A stretch of DNA of 64,000 nucleotides from Candidatus Aenigmatarchaeota archaeon (GCA_016198755.1 JACQIB010000005.1:1-64000); one strand, 5' to 3'; positions 53,157 through 63,477 are shown, numbered from the stretch's first letter. Notes: generated from the sequence alone by a model not told the origin. Translations and numbers: made by a program.

Positions 53157-54976
53157 CCTGTTACTTTTACTGTGGCTGTGTTTATAATGTTGCCCTGTCC
53201 CGTAAGCCTTACAAATCTAAATGGATCTGCTATAAAGGTAGTATCTTTAGTGAAATTCTGCCCGCTTGTTCTGTACAGTTCTTTCCATGTTTTTCTATCA
53301 GTAGAAAACTCAACTTTAACTTCATCTCTGGAAGAGAAAGTTGCTTCTATACTGGCAGAGAGTTTTGTATATTCTTTTCTCAAATCAAACTCTATTTTAT
53401 CTTTCCCGCAATCATCTCCCAAAGGAACCCCATTACCGCAGCTGTCTGTTCCGACAATTTCCCCATCCCCCTCTGCAGGCAGTATTACTATAGACCTATC
53501 CAAAGCCCCAGCCCTTTTTGCAAATACACCAGCCTGTATAAGCTTTGGGTCATCTAGGCTGCAGCGCTGAAAATCTGATGTCTTCCGATAAAAACGTTTC
53601 CCATCAAAACAGAATGGCTTTCCATCCCCCTGTCTCTCCTCTTTGAACTCTCCTGCAATGTCCCAATTGAAAATATATATTGTATAGGTTTTCCCTGCAT
53701 CAAGAGTGGAGAGTGGAGATAACGCAGTTATGTGATTTATACCTCCCTTCCCAAGAAACTGCGCAGCTTGTGTCCCTCCACTCTTATAAAATAAGTTTAC
53801 ATTAAGCTTGTTCCCGTTCTCATCTTCCCTTAGCTGGACCTGTTGGTATTCAGTTATGTTAGAAGCTGCTTTTCCTATACACTCTTCCTTGTTATTGCAG
53901 GTTCCAATATCAAAATCAAATCCTGATTTATCCTGTATCAATCCTACAAAATCCTCTATAGAAATGCTGTTTGTTACAGAATAATCTGAAATCTCCGTTA
54001 GTCTGAGCTCAGGTATCAATGAGCCTGCTTCTTCTGTTCTCTTAAAGTTTTTCAGATAATAAGAAAGCTGGTCTGCAACAGCTCCGCTTGACAGTGAAGG
54101 CTCTGAAGAGTGCTTTGGTATGCGCAGAAAATCTATATTGTATTTACAGCCTGAACCGCATTTCTTTTCCTTTGGATTCTCATATGGAACCCATTTAACA
54201 AGGTAAAGCATGGTATTGGAACTTGGATAAAGGGAGGGGGGGCTCTTTCCTTTTTCAAGTTTGTCTGAAACAAGATAAGAACTGTTTGTTATATCAGTCT
54301 GCCAGACTGTTATTTTGTCTTCCCCGCCACAAAGAGAAGAACAGCTCTCACCCTGCAACGGGCTGGAAACAGAATCTGTTCCAAAGGTTTGTGAACCAAC
54401 AGAAACGCAGTTGCTGTTCCCAAACTTTAAGGTTTCCAAAGAATTGTGCACAAAGCGGGAAAGTGTTCCGCAGATTTTCTGACCTGAAAATTCTCTGAGG
54501 GAAAGTTGTTTTGTAAGGCATTGTTCATCTAACAGCGGGGAACACGGAGAGCATGATTGAACAGTTAACTTATCCCTTTCTTTCTGGGATAAATCATTAT
54601 AATAGACAGGCCTCTGCTTTTCAGAATTCCATGGAACATCAAATGTACCCCAGCCTACAATACTGTCTTTGCTGAAAGGAAGGGAAGCACCATGTGGATA
54701 GTTGCCGTTGGAAACAAAATCAGATGATATATCCTTTGCTATTTTACATGAAATCTGTGAACTTGTAAGCGGCTGTCCATCCTCTGTTAAATTTATCTGA
54801 GGCACAACACCAAGCATATCCAGAAATTCAAAACCATTTGGAGTTTCAACCCCTGGTTTTGTAGGGAAAGGATTAAAATCCAAGTTAATTAGCTTCAAGA
54901 AAGATCCAAAGAGTAAAAGAGCTATAACTGCTGCAACAACAATAACAAGCAGTGTTATAGTACTAATCCTGTCCAT
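53153..54976 (-). CDS. Pilus-associated adhesin-like protein with shared Cys-rich domain and C-terminal discoidin-like module
   Basis: N-terminal TM; CKIAKD...CSPC...FGNSNC; VEFSTDRKTW...FRFVRL. Confidence 0.65.
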   Translation of the reverse strand: MDRISTITLLVIVVAAVIALLLFGSFLKLINLDFNPFPTKPGVETPNGFEFLDMLGVVPQINLTEDGQPLTSSQISCKIAKDISSDFVSNGNYPHGASLPFSKDSIVGWGTFDVPWNSEKQRPVYYNDLSQKERDKLTVQSCSPCSPLLDEQCLTKQLSLREFSGQKICGTLSRFVHNSLETLKFGNSNCVSVGSQTFGTDSVSSPLQGESCSSLCGGEDKITVWQTDITNSSYLVSDKLEKGKSPPSLYPSSNTMLYLVKWVPYENPKEKKCGSGCKYNIDFLRIPKHSSEPSLSSGAVADQLSYYLKNFKRTEEAGSLIPELRLTEISDYSVTNSISIEDFVGLIQDKSGFDFDIGTCNNKEECIGKAASNITEYQQVQLREDENGNKLNVNLFYKSGGTQAAQFLGKGGINHITALSPLSTLDAGKTYTIYIFNWDIAGEFKEERQGDGKPFCFDGKRFYRKTSDFQRCSLDDPKLIQAGVFAKRAGALDRSIVILPAEGDGEIVGTDSCGNGVPLGDDCGKDKIEFDLRKEYTKLSASIEATFSSRDEVKVEFSTDRKTWKELYRTSGQNFTKDTTFIADPFRFVRLTGQGNIINTATVKVTG

Positions 54977-56325
54977 TAACCCACCTCAAATAGAGAAACA
55001 GAAACATCCCGCAGCTTGTTTTCTTTTATTATTTTCCCTTTATCCTGCCAGTTCTCCCGTATACAGTCCCTCTTTGGCTTGCATTCGCTGTCACAAGAAT
55101 TTGTATCTTTTGTGCAGGCACCGCAGGTTGGATTTCCGCCGCAAGCGCCAGTACAGTCAGTTGTTTCCCTTTCAGCTGTTATACCCCACTTCCTTATTAT
55201 AACTCTATACTGTTTTCCAGCCTGCAAAGTCCCGCTGTCCGAAACAGTTGTGTACAAGTTAAGGTCGTTATAGTTTGGATCCTCATATGTACATACACCT
55301 GTGGTTTCCTTCTTGAAAAATCCTTCAGGCTTTACATTTATACAATCCTCCCCTGTACATGCTCTGTACTTTACGTCATATTTTGTTATTTCTTTTACTT
55401 TCTGTGCAAAAGCCAAGAAAGAAATATCTGCTGAGGGTGTAAAGTAAAAATCTTTCTTTTCCCTTATACCCTCTGTATAGGCGCCTGCAGTTTCAGATCT
55501 GGCTGCTGATTTGAGAACATTACCTACAGTCTCACCTAATTGATCTGCTTCAAAATTCCCAAGCTGTTCTGTTTTTGGGACGCGGGGAAAGTGGAGATTA
55601 TATGTTTTGCTTGCGCTATCCCAGTAAAGAACATAAGAATAGGGCCTTCCATCCTGCACAAGTGCAGATTCTGTATAGGAATCTGAGGTAACCTCACTCT
55701 CAGATGTAACATCAGCTTTCCAGTCCTTTATCATATCCCCCCCAGGGCAGGTCTCTGAGCAAGCCTGACCAGAGCTGAAAGAAGCACAGTGATCGTTTCC
55801 GAACTTTACAAGATCCCCGTTCTGGCTTGATATAAAGTTTCCGCAGAGTTTTATCTCAGAAACATTCAAAATTCCAAGATTCGCAGAAACACAGGCCTCA
55901 TCAAAAACCGAAGGACAGGGAGCACAGATAGAATTTCTCAAAGTATTTTTCTGTTTTTCTGTGAGTGTCCAGTCTGAACTAAGGTTGAAAATCCCGCCTG
56001 AAACAATGCAGGTTCCAAGGAAACAGAATTCCCTCTGCCCCTTTGTCCCGTATTTTGAAATATCCAATGCAAGGTCCTTTGCTATTGAACATCCAACCTC
56101 TGAGGAGGCAAATGTTGGGGAGGAAGAGCTGATAGGTCTGTAAACCTCAAAAATACCGGGAAAGTCTGCACGCGGGAAAACTGGTAAGGTTGTCCTTGTT
56201 GTAACTATTGTTGTTGGAACATTGGGGGGGTGTAGAGAAAAATATGGAACTGCTATTGCTATTGTTATGCCAAGTGCAACAATGCCCATAACTACTGCGA
56301 ACAGTTCCCATTTTGTTATTTCCAT
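54976..56325 (-). CDS. Pilus-associated adhesin-like protein with shared Cys-rich domain
   Basis: N-terminal TM; CSIAKD...CAPC...FDEAC...FGNDHC. Confidence 0.65.
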   Translation of the reverse strand: MEITKWELFAVVMGIVALGITIAIAVPYFSLHPPNVPTTIVTTRTTLPVFPRADFPGIFEVYRPISSSSPTFASSEVGCSIAKDLALDISKYGTKGQREFCFLGTCIVSGGIFNLSSDWTLTEKQKNTLRNSICAPCPSVFDEACVSANLGILNVSEIKLCGNFISSQNGDLVKFGNDHCASFSSGQACSETCPGGDMIKDWKADVTSESEVTSDSYTESALVQDGRPYSYVLYWDSASKTYNLHFPRVPKTEQLGNFEADQLGETVGNVLKSAARSETAGAYTEGIREKKDFYFTPSADISFLAFAQKVKEITKYDVKYRACTGEDCINVKPEGFFKKETTGVCTYEDPNYNDLNLYTTVSDSGTLQAGKQYRVIIRKWGITAERETTDCTGACGGNPTCGACTKDTNSCDSECKPKRDCIRENWQDKGKIIKENKLRDVSVSLFEVG

Positions 56326-56445
56326 TTACCCCCACCCGAAAAGCTTTGGGATATTAGCTCCGCCAAAGACAAGGAATAATGCTGCCACAAGCACTATTAT
56401 AAAAAATACTATAATACTATAGCTCTCTGCCCAAACATTGCTCAT
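56326..56445 (-). CDS. 39-aa single-TM microprotein (not in the ORF track)
   Basis: MSNVWAESYSIIVFFIIVLVAALFLVFGGANIPKLFGWG*; fills the gap between operon genes. Confidence 0.6.
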   Translation of the reverse strand: MSNVWAESYSIIVFFIIVLVAALFLVFGGANIPKLFGWG

Positions 56446-56447
56446 AA

Positions 56448-58637
56448 TTAAACCTCTTTTATTGTCATTGTACCTGAACGCTCATTATTCTGCTCATTAA
56501 CTTCTGTGACAGAGTTTGCGCTGTCTGCGATAACTTTTATTTCCTTTACACCAGCAGTATCAGGAGTCCACTGGAAACGCACCCCAAGTTTCTCCCTGCC
56601 TGAACCAGACTGCTGCAGAATATCTATAGTCTGTGTGCTTATTGTTTTGCTGTTCACAACAAGAGCAACTAAAAAGTTTGATACTGGAATGGAACCTCTG
56701 TTCTCTATAACAGCATCTATCTGAATCTGAGATCTTACAACACCGTTTGCTGGTATTGCAAAATCTGAAACTAAAATATCTGTGCCCTCAACTGAAAATG
56801 TTGCAGAGCCTTTATTGTTCTCCTCATTTGTTTCTTCAACCTCCTCTTTTGTGTCTGCGAAAACAACAACCCTGTCTGCGCCAAGTCCTGGGCTAAGTGT
56901 AACAGTCTGCCTGATTGAACCTTTTGCTGGTATATTTGGAGCCGTTATCTTTTTCGAGTCTGCGCCAGAAGAAACAGTAACCTCAAAGGCTGAAGTTTCA
57001 ACATCCCCAATATTTGCAATATCGTATGTAATAGTAACAGAGGGGTTGGGATTTGTTGGTGTGGCTGTTAGTTTCTGTGGTTCGAGAGAAATGGATTTTA
57101 CAACAATATCAGGCCTTAATTGACCTAAATCAACCAGAACAAGAGAATAGTCTATATAGCCCCCGAACTGCTTCCAGCTGTCTAATCCCTGCCCACCGCA
57201 CCAACTGCCGCTTACTATACACATATCATCCTTTATGCAATAACCTTCATTTTTTTCAGATAGAACCGGTGTTCTTTCCCACTTGTTCAAAACAACATTA
57301 TATCTGTGGTCTGCCCTTAGTAAAGTATTAGGTTCTACAGAAGTCTTTATTTTAAATGTTCTTAAGTCTTTATTCAGGTTTTTACAATTTACTAGGTCTG
57401 AAGCTGTGTAATGAGCAAGTGCTGCATTAGTATAATATTCCTTATATTTTTTCTCTATTATAGAAGTCGCATAACACATATTCCCTTGGCATTGCTCTGT
57501 CGGAGCTATTATATAATCGCCAACACCGCTCGCTTTTCTATCTCCACCAAAATCTATGTCGGGGGCAATCCTTATTTTTCCTATACGACTTGTGAAATCT
57601 TGTGTGAAACTATTTATGTTATACTCTGTGGCTGGAACAAATGTTGTGTTGTAAATTGTCCTGAATTCTGGTTTTGCAAAACCTGCTGCTGTTGACCTTA
57701 CAGGAGTGGTTTTAAATGTATCTGCAAGACTGAGAGCCACACCCTGCGGAGCTGTTCTTCCCTTTTCATCTCCAAGAGATATTTTGGGTATCTCATAGTG
57801 ATAAGCTTTGTCGGATTTGTCCCAGTAAAGTGCCCATGAATACTGGGGAGTGCAGTCTCCTCCTTTGCACTCCGGTGGGAAAGCTGTATTTGAAAGCTTT
57901 GTATCATCCACCTCAAGCTCATCTCTTTTATTTCCAAATTTGCTTGCCTGCGCTTTCGCATTTTTAACAGAGTCTGCTGCACCACATACTCCACAATCAA
58001 AACTCCACTCTGAAGAGCTGGAACATACTTTATTTCCAAACGCAAAGGAAGCAGCTCCGGGCACTGAAAGGCTGCTGCATAATGGAACTTCAGAAGCATT
58101 TAGATGGGAGAGAGCTGCTGTTATGCAAGCCTCATCAAAATGGGAAGGACAGGGAGTAAAAGAACCTGTATCAGAGCAGTATTCTTTTAGTTTTTTCAGC
58201 TGCTCTGCTGTTAAATCCTCTGCTTTCCAGGGATTACCAGTTGCAGGATTTTTCTCTATTATAAAACGCTCTGTTGCTATAAGTGCGAGGTCTGTGCCCT
58301 GTATTTTTTTCTGCTCATCCACAACCCTTGGGTTTACACCATGTGCAAGCAAATCAGCCTGCATTGCCCTTGCTATTTTGCAGGCTATTCTGGTTGATGT
58401 TTCAGGCTGGGAATCCTGAGTAGGGTCTGATTTAGCTAAGGAACCAAAAGGTTCGCTTACGAAAACAGTAGCATCTCCGCCCCCGTTAGTACCGGGTTTA
58501 TGGCCGCTGACAATATCCTGAATCCACTTGTTTATGTTTTGCATATTTGGAATAACAACAACAAGAAGGGCAGCAGCAAGCAGAATGACTAGAATAGCTA
58601 TAATGGCTGCTGTTAAGGTATTAATTGCCCCTCTCAT
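56448..58637 (-). CDS. Pilin-like adhesin with Cys-rich domain and two CARDB (Ig-like) domains
   Basis: MRG/AINTLT; CKIARA...PCPSHFDEAC...FGNKVC; PDIVV...NIG...ETNEENN and DILV...NRG...EVNEQNN. Confidence 0.8.
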   Translation of the reverse strand: MRGAINTLTAAIIAILVILLAAALLVVVIPNMQNINKWIQDIVSGHKPGTNGGGDATVFVSEPFGSLAKSDPTQDSQPETSTRIACKIARAMQADLLAHGVNPRVVDEQKKIQGTDLALIATERFIIEKNPATGNPWKAEDLTAEQLKKLKEYCSDTGSFTPCPSHFDEACITAALSHLNASEVPLCSSLSVPGAASFAFGNKVCSSSSEWSFDCGVCGAADSVKNAKAQASKFGNKRDELEVDDTKLSNTAFPPECKGGDCTPQYSWALYWDKSDKAYHYEIPKISLGDEKGRTAPQGVALSLADTFKTTPVRSTAAGFAKPEFRTIYNTTFVPATEYNINSFTQDFTSRIGKIRIAPDIDFGGDRKASGVGDYIIAPTEQCQGNMCYATSIIEKKYKEYYTNAALAHYTASDLVNCKNLNKDLRTFKIKTSVEPNTLLRADHRYNVVLNKWERTPVLSEKNEGYCIKDDMCIVSGSWCGGQGLDSWKQFGGYIDYSLVLVDLGQLRPDIVVKSISLEPQKLTATPTNPNPSVTITYDIANIGDVETSAFEVTVSSGADSKKITAPNIPAKGSIRQTVTLSPGLGADRVVVFADTKEEVEETNEENNKGSATFSVEGTDILVSDFAIPANGVVRSQIQIDAVIENRGSIPVSNFLVALVVNSKTISTQTIDILQQSGSGREKLGVRFQWTPDTAGVKEIKVIADSANSVTEVNEQNNERSGTMTIKEV

Positions 58638-58674
58638 GGATTAGAATTAGTATAACCTGATTTATAACCCTTTT

Positions 58675-58887
58675 CTATACAGGTATGGAAGCACAGGCTC
58701 CTGATCCAAACTGAAATTGTGGGCCAAGAGGCAGCCAGAATATAACAGGGCAGATTATGCTGCTTAGTATAGTTCTGTTGAAAATTATTAATATCACAGC
58801 TATTACAATAACTGTTATTGCAACATATATCAGTATATCCGGGGATTTCTGCACAGCCTCTGTTTTTGCCTCATCTTCTTGCACCAT
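58675..58887 (-). CDS. Small single-TM pilus-cluster protein
   Basis: MVQEDE...ILIYVAITVIVIAVILII. Confidence 0.6.
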   Translation of the reverse strand: MVQEDEAKTEAVQKSPDILIYVAITVIVIAVILIIFNRTILSSIICPVIFWLPLGPQFQFGSGACASIPV

Positions 58888-58895
58888 TGAAACAC

Positions 58896-59108
58896 CTAAA
58901 TTATAAGCCAGGCGCACTGGCTCTTTGCATCAGAAAAGGGTGGGGGCTTTAAAATACCTTTCTCATGGGCCTGTATACATAATCCTCTAAAGGGCGGGGT
59001 TCCGCCAGTGGAAGAGAGAAAAAAGCCTATGAAAAGAATGGAAGCTACAAGAGCTACCAAAATTAAAATAACCAGATTCGCACCAGACATCATTGGCCAT
59101 GTAACCAT
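58896..59108 (-). CDS. Small single-TM pilus-cluster protein
   Basis: LVILILVALVASILFIGFFL with two Cys. Confidence 0.6.
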   Translation of the reverse strand: MVTWPMMSGANLVILILVALVASILFIGFFLSSTGGTPPFRGLCIQAHEKGILKPPPFSDAKSQCAWLII

Positions 59109-59258
59109 TTATCTCAACCTGCTCCCCCATTTTAAAAACTCCCAGATTTTATTCATAGGAATGACCTGTGTTAGTATAATAATAGAAATAATAACAGCAA
59201 ATACAACCAAGAGTATTACGAAAGCAGGCCTTGTTGCAAATTCTGATCTTGTCTGCAT
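59109..59258 (-). CDS. 49-aa single-TM microprotein (not in the ORF track)
   Basis: MQTRSEFATRPAFVILLVVFAVIISIIILTQVIPMNKIWEFLKWGSRLR*; abuts both neighbours. Confidence 0.6.
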   Translation of the reverse strand: MQTRSEFATRPAFVILLVVFAVIISIIILTQVIPMNKIWEFLKWGSRLR

Positions 59259-59259
59259 T

Positions 59260-59430
59260 TTAAACACCCAGAACAGCCCTTATAGGGTATAGCAGCCCTG
59301 AGGGGTTTGTTATTGTTGTTTTTTGGGAAAGTACAAAAGCCAAAATAAGTGCAACAATTATACCTAAAGCTGCCATAAGGAATATAAAATTCCATGCACC
59401 CTCATGCAAAGTTTCTATATCAAAAGCCAT
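59260..59430 (-). CDS. 56-aa single-TM microprotein (not in the ORF track)
   Basis: MAFDIETLHEGAWNFIFLMAALGIIVALILAFVL...; ATG overlaps the TAA of the TadBC-like gene. Confidence 0.6.
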   Translation of the reverse strand: MAFDIETLHEGAWNFIFLMAALGIIVALILAFVLSQKTTITNPSGLLYPIRAVLGV

Positions 59431-61733
59431 TATTTTCCACCTATTGGTACAAGCAGCGGTGCTATAGTGCTCCCAAATACAAGGGAACTTATGCCCCAGC
59501 TTACTATGTATACTATTATCCCGAATATTAATGTTGTGCCCATTGTCTCCCTTAACCCTATCTCATCCTCTCCGTTCTGTAACCTGTTAAGGAAATAAGC
59601 TAACAAAGCAACAGTTTCAATCATATACAGTCCAACAACCATCTGGAAAGCGCCTGCGGTTATTGGCACTGAACAGCCCCCAGACCCTTGGCACCATGGA
59701 AGAACTAATAATTGCTGGGGAGCTGAAACCGATGCTCCAGTGTTAAGTATGTCATTATACTGAACTCCAAACTGGGTTAAAATCTGTATTATAACCATTG
59801 CCATTGTAACAGTTATTCCTGACACTAGAGGAGCCAAAAACACTGAAAGAAACTTCATACTGGAAATTGTATCCCCTAAAATCTCCTCCAAATCCTCTTT
59901 TAGAGTGTGCAAACCTTTCAGGTAGCGGGAAATTGTAACCATTGCAACAGAAGCTGTTTGCATCCCTTTCTTTCCTGCTTCAGCTATAACTGAAAGCACA
60001 GATCTTATCAGTGCTGATGGATAGTACCAGACTGAACCAACATCCTTGTCAAACATTGCCCTTTCAAAAGTATATCCAAACTTTGTCATGTTTGCTGTGG
60101 TTGTTGTGAAAAGGTCTGCAACCTTCATTCCTTTTAAACCCTCCACTGACCTGCTCATTGCAGATTCTATTGGAACTCCTGTGCTTAACTGGTTTCCCAA
60201 CTGGAACAAAGCTACGGAGAACTCCTCTTCTATCCTCCTTATATCCTGCCTTACTTTTGTTTTTTGATAGCTGTCTAAAATTCCATAAACAGCAGCTGAC
60301 AATCCAAAGCTCAGTGGCAAAGCAAGAGACAGGCTTGTTTCAACTCCAGTTGTAAGCAAAGCATACAAACCTAAAAGAAAGAGGGGAAGGAAAACTGCAA
60401 GTGCTACCGGCCAGACAGGCGTTTCTTTTCCGGATAAAAAGAATTTTCCAAGCCGTGGAACCCCTTTAGCTAAAGAAATATCTGGCTGGGAAAAGGTTGA
60501 GGGCTGGGCTTCCAGTGTTTTGTTTATTATAATCCAGAGGAAAGCTGGGAGAGCTATATCGTACATTATAAACAGGTACTCGGGTTTTATTGATTTTGCC
60601 AAAAAAATTACAACTATTGGGAACAGAACCAGCCCCATTACCGGAAGCAGGATTCCCATAGCATGTATAAGCATTATTGGCATGCGCAGGTTTCCTATGA
60701 ACCTTTTTGCGCGCTCTCTTGTGCCATCCAGAATAACTGAGAGTGTTTCATCAAAAAGCTCATCTCTCCTTTCAGCCTGCACTGCACTTCCCCTCAAAAG
60801 GTTCAAAGCTTCTGAAAAGGGTGGGTTTCTTTCCTTCCATCTCTCCAAATACTGCCCAAGAGCAGCATCAGCATTTGAATAAGTGCCTAAATTTATTCCC
60901 CATAAAAGTTTTTTCAAATCCCAGCTTAACGGACCGCGCAGATTTTCTGAGGCAAACTTCAATGCCCCCTCTAAATTTGGGCTTCCTCTCATGTAAATAA
61001 TCATGTATAAAACACAGAGTATGCTGTCAGAACCCATTTTCATTGTTAAAACTCTTGAACGTGAAGCAGGGTAAGTTAAAACAAAATACCATGCAAAAAT
61101 TGAGGATAGGAAAAAAATAAAAAACCCAAGGAAATCGGGCTTCCCGTTTACACCCAAAAGAGCTCTTCCCTCCCAGCTATAGCTTATAGCCCTCTCATAT
61201 CTTTTGTCCTGCAAAGCCTGTTTTGCGCTCTGTAGTGTCTGTTTTGCAAAATCCAGCTTTTCCTTTGTTCCTGCTGTGCTTCTTGTACTCTTAACAAGTT
61301 CATCAAAATCACCAACCATGATTACAGCGTTCTCTTTTGTAGGAGCCGGCTGTATAATATAGCCTGAAGCAAGATAGGCGAAGGAAAAAATCATTAAAAT
61401 TAAAAGTGCTATAATGGACAGAGCATAAACTCCGCGCGCACTTGTAACCATGTACGCATCATCTATATCCTTCTGCAGGCTTTTTTCTGTTTTTTCACTG
61501 GGCTTTATTCCCAGTACTTCAGCTCTCAGCGCTATGCGCTCAAAATAGGTCTGAGGCTTCTGCCTTACTTCCTTTAAAAAATCTGTATAATCCCTCGGTC
61601 TTGCAATAACTCTCTCTTTTTTTGGAACAGAAAGCTGCTCTCTGTCCATAAGCTTTCTGAGCTTGTCCATTCTATCCTTTTCAGCCATCTCCTTTTCTAT
61701 TTTCTTTTTATCCTTTCCGTCGAAAAACCCCAT
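59430..61733 (-). CDS. Type IV pilus/Tad membrane platform protein (T2SSF / TadB-TadC-like)
   Basis: Multi-TM; YMIIYMRGSPNLEGALKFA...GPLSWDLKKLLW and ALFQLGNQLSTGVPIESA. Confidence 0.85.
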   Translation of the reverse strand: MGFFDGKDKKKIEKEMAEKDRMDKLRKLMDREQLSVPKKERVIARPRDYTDFLKEVRQKPQTYFERIALRAEVLGIKPSEKTEKSLQKDIDDAYMVTSARGVYALSIIALLILMIFSFAYLASGYIIQPAPTKENAVIMVGDFDELVKSTRSTAGTKEKLDFAKQTLQSAKQALQDKRYERAISYSWEGRALLGVNGKPDFLGFFIFFLSSIFAWYFVLTYPASRSRVLTMKMGSDSILCVLYMIIYMRGSPNLEGALKFASENLRGPLSWDLKKLLWGINLGTYSNADAALGQYLERWKERNPPFSEALNLLRGSAVQAERRDELFDETLSVILDGTRERAKRFIGNLRMPIMLIHAMGILLPVMGLVLFPIVVIFLAKSIKPEYLFIMYDIALPAFLWIIINKTLEAQPSTFSQPDISLAKGVPRLGKFFLSGKETPVWPVALAVFLPLFLLGLYALLTTGVETSLSLALPLSFGLSAAVYGILDSYQKTKVRQDIRRIEEEFSVALFQLGNQLSTGVPIESAMSRSVEGLKGMKVADLFTTTTANMTKFGYTFERAMFDKDVGSVWYYPSALIRSVLSVIAEAGKKGMQTASVAMVTISRYLKGLHTLKEDLEEILGDTISSMKFLSVFLAPLVSGITVTMAMVIIQILTQFGVQYNDILNTGASVSAPQQLLVLPWCQGSGGCSVPITAGAFQMVVGLYMIETVALLAYFLNRLQNGEDEIGLRETMGTTLIFGIIVYIVSWGISSLVFGSTIAPLLVPIGGK

Positions 61734-61851
61734 TCTATCTCCCAGTTTAGAATAGACTTTCCCAATATAAAAAAGCCCTAATTCACTTTCTGCCGTTGAG
61801 GCAACATTATTTATTCATGCAAATCCATTATTTCCCAGGGAGCATGTTAAA

Positions 61852-63477
61852 ATGGGGCGCAAATCCAGCTTAACAACAGGTCAAAAGGCAAGCATAAGGC
61901 ATTATGCTGAACAGGGTGAAGGACCTTCTGGTATCTCCTATTATACAGGCATTTCTCCGAGTAAGGTAAGTTATTATCTGAAATCACTTGAAAGAGAACA
62001 GGCTGGGAAAGGCAATGGAAATAGACAATATAGAAATAGGAATGGACCTGCTCCGGTGGCTGAGACAGCTACAGAAGCTGGGAAACACGGACGCGGTCCA
62101 GGAAGAACAAGTAACTCTACAGTGTTTATGATAGAGCAGATGGCTGCGCATGGCTATAATACTGAACAGATTTTAAATACACTGGGAGTCTCTGCTCATG
62201 TAGCAGAAAAATATTCTGATTTTGATGTTAGAGCCTATTTGGAAGCGAAAACTCCAACAGAAGCTGATGTGGAAAAGAAGGTAGATAGAAGGATATTGAG
62301 ACAGGAAACAATAGAAAAAATAAAAGCCTTGGCAAGGGAGGGACGCACTATAGCCGGTATAGTGGAGGAAACTGGAGTGAGCAATAGATCTATATCCAAA
62401 TATGCTGGCGCTGAACTGAATGAACGGTTGGGGGGAGAGAAGAGACAGGGAACAAGGCTGACTGCTGAAGAGAGGGAAACAATAATAGCTGCTATAGGAA
62501 CAGGAAAATATTCTGGCCCATCTGAAGTTGGAAGTGAGTTTGATATTTCCTATCACACAGCAAATGCGCTCTGGAAATCAACGGGTAGAAAAGTAAGAGC
62601 TATTGGGGAAAAACCCGAAACAACCAGGGAGCGAGGCATTAGGCTGACAAAAGAGGAGGCAGCAACTATGGACATGGCTATATTGTCTGGAATATACACA
62701 CACCCAGCAGATGTTGCAAGGGAGTTCCATGTTTCTTACCAGACAGCGCGCATCCACTGGGAAACAGCTAGAGTAGCTGTTACAAAGCCAACTGTCTTGA
62801 TAGAGCCTCCTAAACCAACGCCACCCAAAGATTTGAAAATAGGGATTAGTGCTGCTAATGCTGAGCGGTTGGATACATTATGGGGACAGGGAATCAGGAC
62901 AGTAAACGGGCTGCATGAGCGCACAGGGTTTAGTAGGCATATGGTTGGCAGGTATATGGAGGGGAGGGGATTGATATCAGAGAGGAGCAGGAGAGAAGAA
63001 CAGATAACAAAAGATAACAGGCCTGCTATGCCACCAGTGATTCTGGAAGATCTTTCAGCTGCGATTATACTACATGCTGGGGAGAAGAAAATGGAAAAGG
63101 AAGCTGCAGAACAGACTGCGCAGCATGTTCTTAACTTTTTTGGCTACTCTAACAGGATTATAGATAATATACTGGAGCCTGAAGACAGGGACATTTTTTA
63201 TATGTTAGAGGATGCTGGGATAGCTACAACAGAAAGAGAGGAAACAACTTTATATGATGGGAGGGAATGGAGAATACACTATTGGGTGTTTAATCATGAT
63301 AGGATAAAACAGATTTTGGCTCCTCTAAAAACTGCAAAGAGAGAGAAAAGTCCTGAAGATGTGTATGAGGAGCTGGATGATGGGTTATGGCATGGTCATG
63401 GAGCAGAACCTGTTGAAGGGGTTCATGTTACTAACGGGTTGGTAGCAGCTCAGGCTGGAGCAAGAGGCTCTGGTTAA
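61852..63477 (+). CDS. Multi-HTH protein with a conserved C-terminal domain resembling a Thermoplasmata-type DUF (recalled as DUF6015)
   Basis: About six HTH-like repeats, then HVLNFFGYSNRIIDNILEPEDRDIFYMLEDAG...TTEREETTLYDGREWRIHYW. Confidence 0.65.
   Translation: MGRKSSLTTGQKASIRHYAEQGEGPSGISYYTGISPSKVSYYLKSLEREQAGKGNGNRQYRNRNGPAPVAETATEAGKHGRGPGRTSNSTVFMIEQMAAHGYNTEQILNTLGVSAHVAEKYSDFDVRAYLEAKTPTEADVEKKVDRRILRQETIEKIKALAREGRTIAGIVEETGVSNRSISKYAGAELNERLGGEKRQGTRLTAEERETIIAAIGTGKYSGPSEVGSEFDISYHTANALWKSTGRKVRAIGEKPETTRERGIRLTKEEAATMDMAILSGIYTHPADVAREFHVSYQTARIHWETARVAVTKPTVLIEPPKPTPPKDLKIGISAANAERLDTLWGQGIRTVNGLHERTGFSRHMVGRYMEGRGLISERSRREEQITKDNRPAMPPVILEDLSAAIILHAGEKKMEKEAAEQTAQHVLNFFGYSNRIIDNILEPEDRDIFYMLEDAGIATTEREETTLYDGREWRIHYWVFNHDRIKQILAPLKTAKREKSPEDVYEELDDGLWHGHGAEPVEGVHVTNGLVAAQAGARGSG

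Noticed and set aside
46055-61733. Archaellum operon
   Set aside because: No archaellin signature or ArlH/ArlF/ArlG-like genes were recognised; the content fits a pilus/Tad-like system.
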